Below, in pieces: positions 25,556-32,000 of a DNA stretch of 32,000 nucleotides. This stretch comes from Ktedonobacterales bacterium (lineage in GTDB: Bacteria > Chloroflexota > Ktedonobacteria > Ktedonobacterales > JADMIN01). The position numbers and the translations under genes were made by a program. Every line of letters starts with the position of its first letter. The first letter of the stretch is position 1. The notes under the pieces are model-generated. The model was not told where the DNA came from and did not search any database. It was given only the letters and a program-made list of their open reading frames with translations. The DNA lies in the NCBI GenBank assembly GCA_030167145.1, contig CP126532.1:360001-392000 (forward strand). Reading direction: 5' to 3'.

Positions 25556-27088
25556 TCAGGGCACAGATGGCACGAATCGCGGCGGCTTGCGGACCTGCGT
25601 CGCCTGCTCGAACGCATAGGCGAGGGCGATCAATTTCGGTTCGCTGAAGGCGCGCCCCATGAAGGTAATGCCCACCGGCAGGCCAAAAGTATAGCCAGCC
25701 GGAACGCTGATGGCGGGGTAGCCCGCCAGGGCTGCTGGCTGTGAACTGCCACCCAGACCGTGATCGCCGTCAATGAGGTCAATCTTCCAGGCGGGCGCAC
25801 CCGTCGGCATAACGAGCGCATCCAACTGGTGTTGCTCCATGACGGCGTCAATTCCTTCTTGACGCGAGAGGCGCTGGTTTTCTTCGAGCGCGTTGAGATA
25901 GGAGAGGTCGGTGAGCGGCCCTTTCGCCTGGGAAGCAACCAGCAATTCCTGCCCAAAGTAGGGCATCTCCTGCTCTACGTGAGCGGTGTTAAAGGCGATC
26001 AGTTCTTCCAGCGAACGGACAGAAGCGCCAGGCAAATCACTCAGATAGGCATTGAGGTTTGCCTTGAATTCGTAATACAGCACCTCAAGTTCGGATTGCG
26101 ATTCGTTCATGCGTTTGGCGGTGGGAATGTTCGCGGGATCTACAAGGACCGCGCCAAGCGCTGTGAGTGTTTCCAAGGCAGCCTCTATGATGGCATCAGT
26201 CTTTTCGCTGTAGCCGAAATAGACTTCACGCGGGATGCCGATGCGCACGCCACGCAGCGCGTCTTTGCTCAAGAATTGTGTATAGTCGGTGATAGATCGT
26301 GTTGCGCTGGCAGCGGTGGCGGGGTCACGTGGGTCTGGGCCGGCAATGACATTGAGCAGAGCGGCGGCATCAGCGACGGTACGCCCGAACGGTCCGACGG
26401 TATCCTGGCTATGGGCGATTGGAATGACGCCAGCGCGGCTGGTAAGACCGACGGTTGGCTTGATGCCAACCACACCATTCGCGGCGCCAGGGCAGAGGAT
26501 CGAGCCATCGGTCTCCGTACCCAATGAGGCTGCAGCGAGACTGGCGGCTACCGCCGAAGCGGAGCCTGAACTGGAGCCACACGGAGTGCGGTCCAAGGCG
26601 TAGGGATTCAGCGCCTGACCACCACGAGCGCTCCATCCGCTGGATGAGTGAGAAGAGCGGAAGTTCGCCCACTCGCTCATATTAGCCTTACCGAGCAGGA
26701 TCGCACCCGCAGCGCGAAGGCGCGCCGCGACAAAGGCGTCACGTTGGGGACGCGCACCTAGCAACGCCAGGGAACCCGCTGTGGTGTTCATGCGATCCGC
26801 GGTATCAATGTTGTCCTTGAGCAGAATGGGGATGCCGTGAAGCGGGCCGCGGGATCCCGTGAATGCGCGTTCGGTATCAAGCGCATCGGCGATGCTCAGG
26901 GCGTCGGGGTTCGTTTCGATGATCGCGCGGATAGTGGGACCGTTGGTGTCGAGCGCTTCAATGCGGGCCAAGTACATCTCAACAAGTGCGCGTGCGGATA
27001 ACTGTCCGTCGGTCATTGCCGCCTGAAGACTGGCAATCGCTGCTGTCTCCAACTCAGGAAAGGGCGCCGAATTGCCAGGTGTTCCCAT
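25556..27088 (-). CDS. Amidase-signature (AS) family amidase
   Basis: 510 aa with the AS signature region GGSSGGSA-like (CGSSSGSASAVAASL), the catalytic Ser-cisSer-Lys context (LLKDNIDT ... GTETDGSI) and typical length. Confidence 0.9.
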   Translation of the reverse strand: MGTPGNSAPFPELETAAIASLQAAMTDGQLSARALVEMYLARIEALDTNGPTIRAIIETNPDALSIADALDTERAFTGSRGPLHGIPILLKDNIDTADRMNTTAGSLALLGARPQRDAFVAARLRAAGAILLGKANMSEWANFRSSHSSSGWSARGGQALNPYALDRTPCGSSSGSASAVAASLAAASLGTETDGSILCPGAANGVVGIKPTVGLTSRAGVIPIAHSQDTVGPFGRTVADAAALLNVIAGPDPRDPATAASATRSITDYTQFLSKDALRGVRIGIPREVYFGYSEKTDAIIEAALETLTALGAVLVDPANIPTAKRMNESQSELEVLYYEFKANLNAYLSDLPGASVRSLEELIAFNTAHVEQEMPYFGQELLVASQAKGPLTDLSYLNALEENQRLSRQEGIDAVMEQHQLDALVMPTGAPAWKIDLIDGDHGLGGSSQPAALAGYPAISVPAGYTFGLPVGITFMGRAFSEPKLIALAYAFEQATQVRKPPRFVPSVP

Positions 27089-27186
27089 AGCGCAGGTTCC
27101 TTACCACTATGTGGGTACATCAAGAGATACGTCACGAAACAACGCTCCGTAACGACGCGCGCGCATGTATGGCTAGACCCTCGTGC

Positions 27187-27396
27187 TTACTGGTCGGAGG
27201 ATGAGCGTTCAGCCGTGGTGGCTGGTGGCGGAAGTTGCGCGGCTGGCGAATTGCTGTCTTCGCTGAGTGATTTCTTGAACTCTTTGATGGTCTTGCCGAC
27301 GGATGAGCCAAGCTCGGGAAGCCGCTTTGCCCCGAAGACGAGGACGACGACCCCCAATATGATCAGCAATTCGTACCAGTGTAGACCTAGAGGCAT
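27187..27396 (-). CDS. tatA: Twin-arginine translocase subunit TatA/E
   Basis: 69 aa. An N-terminal TM helix plus amphipathic helix (LLIILGVVVLVFGAKRLPELGSSVGKTIKEFKKSL) forms the canonical TatA motif FG..KLP..G...G. Confidence 0.9.
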   Translation of the reverse strand: MPLGLHWYELLIILGVVVLVFGAKRLPELGSSVGKTIKEFKKSLSEDSNSPAAQLPPPATTAERSSSDQ

Positions 27397-27463
27397 TGGA
27401 TGTCTCGCTTTCGTAGCGTCCGGGCTGCGCCCAGACAGGTTCGCGTAAGATGCGTGTGGCCAG

Positions 27464-27474
27464 AGTATACCATG
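27464..27474 (-). promoter_or_regulatory. Candidate extended -10 promoter for tatA
   Basis: The minus strand reads caTGgTATACT (the complement of 27464-27474), ~70 nt upstream of the tatA ATG. I found no convincing -35. Confidence 0.3.
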
Positions 27475-27513
27475 CTGGGGAAACTAGACTACGAGGCTCT
27501 CACCACATGTACG

Positions 27514-28089
27514 TCAATGTGTCGTGGTTGGATTACCAATCTCGTCGCCAGGCGCAACCACTGTCTGCATGCCGATACTGGCGAGTTGTGACGCAGATAG
27601 CAACCATACCAGTGCGCCGCTAGCCAACAGTTTGCTGTTGTCATGAGCGGCGGATGCGATGGCTTTATCGGCGATGTCTATCCGACAGCAGGCGCCTTTC
27701 TTCATTTTGACATGGGCGCCTGAAGGCCCGGCGATCAATTCACCGATTATCTCACTGAAATCTGGCTCGTGGCCAACAAGCATGACGCTCTGACTTGTGG
27801 CATACGATGCGAGCACCGGGCCAATATCAGCCAGCAGGCAACCGGGCGCTAGGGAAGAGACGGTTGTGACAGGCACGCCGAGCGCATTCGCAATGATGTC
27901 GGCGGTTTGCGCGGCGCGTGCCAGCGGGCTGCTCAAGATGGTTGCAAGCCCAAGCTGGAATGAGGCGAGGCCGCGCGCCGCAGCAAGCATTTCGGCGCGA
28001 CCATCCTCAGTCAGCGGGCGAAGTTCGTCGTTGCTGGTCCAGGTCTCGCTATCGCCAGCCTTGCCATGACGCACGAGATAGAGTTTCAT
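27514..28089 (-). CDS. sixA: SixA-type histidine phosphatase (phosphohistidine phosphatase family)
   Basis: The N-terminal catalytic RHG motif reads MKLYLVRHGKA, and the second His motif reads MLVGHEPD. The size (191 aa) is slightly longer than SixA. Confidence 0.78.
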   Translation of the reverse strand: MKLYLVRHGKAGDSETWTSNDELRPLTEDGRAEMLAAARGLASFQLGLATILSSPLARAAQTADIIANALGVPVTTVSSLAPGCLLADIGPVLASYATSQSVMLVGHEPDFSEIIGELIAGPSGAHVKMKKGACCRIDIADKAIASAAHDNSKLLASGALVWLLSASQLASIGMQTVVAPGDEIGNPTTTH

Positions 28090-28110
28090 GCAATCCGCTC
28101 CTTCCAGAGA

Positions 28111-29631
28111 CTAGAGATTGATGATGATCGTCGCGAGTTGCCTACGAAATTGCTTGCCGCTGAGTTGACGCCAGATGTCGGGAAACGCGGCACGCAATTG
28201 GTCACGTTCAGAGGCGAGCGCGGCGGCATAAATGGCAAGGCCCTGATGGTCTGGGTGCGCGTCGCTCACCTCCATGACCTGATCGCGCATGACCACGGCA
28301 TCATGGTATGCGCCAAGGATATCTTGCGTTTTCACTAGCAGCTTGAGCAAAGGCTTAACGCCTTCGCCGAGCTGATCTTCGAAGAGTTCAAGCGTGTAGC
28401 GCAGCTTCTTGCACGTGATGCGGATCTGGTGTAGTTGTTGTGCGGTGGCATCGGGCAACAGGGTTTCGTAGCGGAGTACCGCCTCATAGGCTTCCCAGAG
28501 TGCGCTCCCGGCAAAGTGGCGCACGAGCGTGAGTGGTTCATCTGAGGGGGCATCTTCGCAGTGGCGGGTAAAGTCTTCAAGGTGGCTGAGCGCGCGTGCA
28601 AGTTTGGGGCCGTCGAGGAAGTGAGTGAGCCTGGCACGGGCATCACCGCGGCGCGCTTCGAGCGCCTGCTCGTAGAGATCGAGGTCGTCGGCAAGATCAG
28701 GTTGCTCCTGGGCATAGGCTCGCTCATGTTCGAGGAGCACATCAAGGTCGCGCACGCTACCAAGGTCGCGCGCCAGCCCACGCAGGCGGCGCCGCAGCTT
28801 GCCAAGTACTTTCGCGTCGAAGCCTGGGGCGTCGGCAAGAATCTCGAAGACAGTACGCAGGCGGCGGGTGGCAACTCGCATGTCGTGGACGCCCTCTGGA
28901 TCCGTTCCCTCGCGCGCAATCGGAGCATTTTGGCGGATTTTGTGCATTTGCCGACGGGTTTTTTGGCGGGCGAGCGCGGCAAGTGGGGTATGGCCGCCAA
29001 GGATGTGGCCCTCACCATCGCTCACCAGGGCAAGCCCGCGCTCAAGTTTGCTCTGTCGCTCAGGCTGGAGTGGCAGGGTCGCTTGCAAGCGTTTGGTGAC
29101 GGCGTTGAGGTCTTTGCGCGTGCCGTTACCCTTTAGCTCAACTTCAAGCTCGTGAACTGCTGTCTCGTGGACACCGGCACTGATGGTGCCCTGGTCAAGC
29201 GCCAGCTCTGCGACGGTTGCGCCCGCGCGTCGCACGGCCCAGGTGCGGCGAAGGACTACCACTTCCACAAGTGGTTCAAGGCGTTCTTCGCCAGCGATGG
29301 GCAGCACGTGGATTGCAATCTCAGTCGGGAGGTGGCGTACATCATCGCCTGGATCAACGGAAAGCTCCGCCTCAATTTCTTCGCGCTCATGCACGCCCTG
29401 TGCGCTAGTGTTCGGACCCTTCCAAGTGGCGAGAATGTGTCCATTGGTGTGGCGAATGCGCAACGCATGATGTGAGGAGGTGATGGCACGGACTGGTGTG
29501 TCGAGGATGACATCAAAGTGGCGTTCCTCACCGGTGGCGTGAAGTGTGTAGGCCGATAGATCCAGTGAGTTGAAGATTGAAGGATCTATGGGACTGGTAA
29601 CCGCGAACTTTGCCTCGATTTCCATCTCCAT
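28111..29631 (-). CDS. CYTH (triphosphate tunnel metalloenzyme) + CHAD domain protein
   Basis: The N-terminus MEMEIEAKFAV carries the CYTH ExExK motif. The C-terminal ~280 aa are helical and His/Arg-rich with VHDMRVATRRLR and CKKLRY repeats, typical of CHAD (polyphosphate-granule-associated) domains. Confidence 0.85.
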   Translation of the reverse strand: MEMEIEAKFAVTSPIDPSIFNSLDLSAYTLHATGEERHFDVILDTPVRAITSSHHALRIRHTNGHILATWKGPNTSAQGVHEREEIEAELSVDPGDDVRHLPTEIAIHVLPIAGEERLEPLVEVVVLRRTWAVRRAGATVAELALDQGTISAGVHETAVHELEVELKGNGTRKDLNAVTKRLQATLPLQPERQSKLERGLALVSDGEGHILGGHTPLAALARQKTRRQMHKIRQNAPIAREGTDPEGVHDMRVATRRLRTVFEILADAPGFDAKVLGKLRRRLRGLARDLGSVRDLDVLLEHERAYAQEQPDLADDLDLYEQALEARRGDARARLTHFLDGPKLARALSHLEDFTRHCEDAPSDEPLTLVRHFAGSALWEAYEAVLRYETLLPDATAQQLHQIRITCKKLRYTLELFEDQLGEGVKPLLKLLVKTQDILGAYHDAVVMRDQVMEVSDAHPDHQGLAIYAAALASERDQLRAAFPDIWRQLSGKQFRRQLATIIINL

Positions 29632-30002
29632 CCTCGATTTCTGCCCATGCTGGCACTGGCACTAGGATGTCCATGTAGCAAGAACGCAACCAGACTGAAA
29701 GAATATTCCTGGCTTGCGGACGATAGCGATCAGGTGGTGAGGTGAATATGGCACATCTCATGCTACATGTCGGACTTGCATCCGTTGTTCCACAACGAGA
29801 TGCAGGCGCGCCAACACGCAGGTTATCTCCATCTGAATTATGATATACCTGGACCAGACATCGCTAGCACACGGAGTCTGGGTGATCCCATATCCTTCGC
29901 TACCGGCGAGTCATCACAGGTAAGTGCTGCTCCACATTTTCAGTATGGAGTGCGCTTCGGCTTACCACGCGACACTTGCAGATGAAGAACGGGAAGTTAG
30001 CC

Positions 30003-32000
30003 ATGCCCGATAAGGCTCCCCACGCAGACAAGTCCCCTCACAAAGGGCACACAAGCACACGACACCGGCTGAATGCCCCAGACCTCTATATCAACCGCGA
30101 GATCTCGCAACTCGCGTTTATTCGGCGCGTGTTGGAAGAGGCGCAATCCGAACGCCATCCGCTGCTGGAGCGGATCAAGTTTCTGGCATTCGTGAGCTTG
30201 CAACTCGATGAATTCGTGAGTATTCGGGTCGCTGGTCTGTACGATCAGTTGGAAGCTCAGGTGCGAGACTCTGGGCCTGACGGCATGACAGCCGAGCAGT
30301 TGCTGCCGAAGCTTCGCCCGCTCATCGAGAGCTTAGCGCGCGACCAATCGGCATATTTTAAGCACACACTCTTGCCGAATCTGTTGAATGCGGGGATTGA
30401 GATCGTAGATCATGCGCATCTGACACGCGGGCAGAGGGAATCGTTGACAACCTACTTCAAGCGCGATGTGTTGCCAGTGCTGACACCGCTTGGATTGGAT
30501 TTAGCGCACCCGTTTCCCCATATTTCCAGCCGAAGTCTCAATTTAGCAGTTACATTGCGTGATGCGGATGCTGGCGAGCTGTTTGCGAGAGTGAAGGTCC
30601 CAGCGACGTTGCCACGGTTGGTGCCTGTGCTGATGAATGGCCATGAGCGCAACGGGAATGGTAAGTCGCGCACGCAGAACCGGTACGTCTTCGTCTGGCT
30701 AGAGCAACTCATTGCCGCGCACCTTGGCTTGCTTTTTCCTGGTATCAAGGTGATTGCTTCGTATCCGTTCCGTGTCTTGCGCGATGCTGATCTGGAGATT
30801 CAGAACGATGAGGCTGACGATTTGTTGGTGACAGTGGAGGAGGGGCTACGTCAGCGACGCTTTGGCTCGGTCGTCAGTTTGGTGGTGCAGTCGGAGATGC
30901 CGGCGAAAGTGCGTGAACTCCTGAAGGAGCATCTCGAAATCGGTGCGGATGAGATGTACGAGATGGAAGGGCCGCTTGGCCTGGGCGACCTGATGCAACT
31001 ACTGGAATTGAATCGGCCTGATCTGAAAGATGCGCCGATTAGCGCACGAGTGCCCGTGGAACTGCGGTATGGGCAAGATCCGTTCGCCGTGATCCGCAAA
31101 GGCGATTTGCTGCTGCATCATCCCTATGATGCCTTTAGCTCCGTATCTGAATTCATTGAGGCTGCCGCGCGTGACCCACAAGTGCTGGCGATCAAGCAAA
31201 CGCTCTATCGTGTTGGGAGCAAGTCGAGGATTGTTGATGCGTTGATGGAAGCCAATGAGCGCGGCAAGCAAGTGGCAGTGTTGGTGGAGTTGAAGGCGCG
31301 CTTCGATGAAGAGAACAATATTGAATGGGCACGTGCTTTGGAGAAAGCTGGGGTGCATGTCATCTACGGGCAGGTAGATCTGAAGACACATGCGAAGGTG
31401 GCCCTGGTTGTGCGGCGCGAGGCAAACGGACTGCAACGTTATGTGCATCTGGGCACAGGCAATTATAACGCCTCGACGGCACGAGTGTATGAGGACTTCG
31501 CATTGCTGACCTGTCGGCCAGATATTGGCGAGGATGCTACACAACTCTTCAACGCGCTCACGGGATTCGCACGCGGGCTTATCTATTCTAAATTGCTGGT
31601 GGCGCCGGGGTCGCTACGGCAGGGGCTGGTGCGGCGCATCGAGCGCGAGATCGAGCGACATAAGGCGGGCGGTCAGGGGCATATGATTCTCAAGACGAAC
31701 AATCTGGTGGATGCCGGCATTATTCAGTGGCTGTATCGCGCGTCTCAGGCGGGAGTACGAATTGATCTGATTGTGCGCGGGATCTGCTGCTTGCGTCCAG
31801 GCGTGCCGGAGGTGAGTGAGAATATTCGCGTGGTGAGCCTTGTCGGCAGATTTCTGGAACATAGTCGCATCTACTATTTCGCGAATGGCGGGATAGGTGA
31901 TGATGAGGTGCTGACAGGCAGTGCGGACTTGATGCCGCGCAATCTCGACCACCGGGTCGAGGTGGTATTCCCCATCGAGGATCGCGGCTTACGTGGGTAT
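30003..32000 (+). CDS. ppk1: Polyphosphate kinase 1 (PPK1), C-terminally incomplete (runs off the right edge)
   Basis: My own translation from the ATG at 30003 gives ...LYINREISQLAFIRRVLEEAQSERHPLLERIKFLAFVSLQLDEF...VLTPLGLDLAHPFPHISSRSLNLAV...YPFRVLRDADLEIQNDEADDLL... It also contains both PLD-like HKxxxxD-type segments (THAKVALVVRRE). The frame is open for 666 codons to the window end. It is absent from the ORF track because no stop is present. Confidence 0.92.
   Translation, partial: MPDKAPHADKSPHKGHTSTRHRLNAPDLYINREISQLAFIRRVLEEAQSERHPLLERIKFLAFVSLQLDEFVSIRVAGLYDQLEAQVRDSGPDGMTAEQLLPKLRPLIESLARDQSAYFKHTLLPNLLNAGIEIVDHAHLTRGQRESLTTYFKRDVLPVLTPLGLDLAHPFPHISSRSLNLAVTLRDADAGELFARVKVPATLPRLVPVLMNGHERNGNGKSRTQNRYVFVWLEQLIAAHLGLLFPGIKVIASYPFRVLRDADLEIQNDEADDLLVTVEEGLRQRRFGSVVSLVVQSEMPAKVRELLKEHLEIGADEMYEMEGPLGLGDLMQLLELNRPDLKDAPISARVPVELRYGQDPFAVIRKGDLLLHHPYDAFSSVSEFIEAAARDPQVLAIKQTLYRVGSKSRIVDALMEANERGKQVAVLVELKARFDEENNIEWARALEKAGVHVIYGQVDLKTHAKVALVVRREANGLQRYVHLGTGNYNASTARVYEDFALLTCRPDIGEDATQLFNALTGFARGLIYSKLLVAPGSLRQGLVRRIEREIERHKAGGQGHMILKTNNLVDAGIIQWLYRASQAGVRIDLIVRGICCLRPGVPEVSENIRVVSLVGRFLEHSRIYYFANGGIGDDEVLTGSADLMPRNLDHRVEVVFPIEDRGLRGY

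Noticed and set aside
29767-29985. 72-aa ORF in the ppk1 upstream spacer
   Set aside because: It has no recognisable motif, no convincing SD and atypical composition. I kept it only as part of the description of the regulatory spacer.

Overview
This is a GC-rich (about 60%) bacterial chromosomal window. The protein sequences look Chloroflexota/Ktedonobacteria-like, but that is inference only. The layout has four parts. (1) The left edge holds the first ~52 codons of an IS982-family transposase. (2) 0.38-10.8 kb is one co-directional sugar-utilisation cluster: a LacI regulator, a family-5 substrate-binding protein, two permeases and two ATPases of the Opp/Dpp type, a GH4 glycosidase, a NagB-like deaminase and a BadF-type sugar kinase. 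(3) 10.8-16.2 kb is a mosaic of mobile-DNA wreckage. It holds an 11-codon copy of a phage gene start, an MMPL-like gene fragment, an apparently intact IS110-family element, and a tRNA-Trp-like 3' fragment. After these comes a decaying prophage replication module: a replisome organiser with an in-frame TGA, a DnaC-like loader, a hypothetical gene and a frameshifted P22-Ant-like gene. The mosaic ends with a truncated IS630-type transposase. (4) 16.2-32 kb is ordinary chromosome: a BNR-repeat membrane protein, an MFS transporter, MgtC, DedA, a GT4 glycosyltransferase, glucokinase, a Mo-oxidoreductase, an amidase and TatA. It ends with a polyphosphate cluster of SixA-like, CYTH-CHAD and PPK1, and PPK1 runs off the right edge. 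The most interesting signal is the 234-bp non-coding end upstream of the IS110 recombinase. It can form GC-rich stems with large internal loops. Two of its loop segments match the two halves of the insertion site on opposite strands. That is the pattern expected of an IS110 bridge (guide) RNA. The second signal is a helically phased GTAAC iteron array followed by microsatellites inside the replisome-organiser gene, a candidate phage origin. No tools were run; every call rests on reading the sequence and the ORF track.
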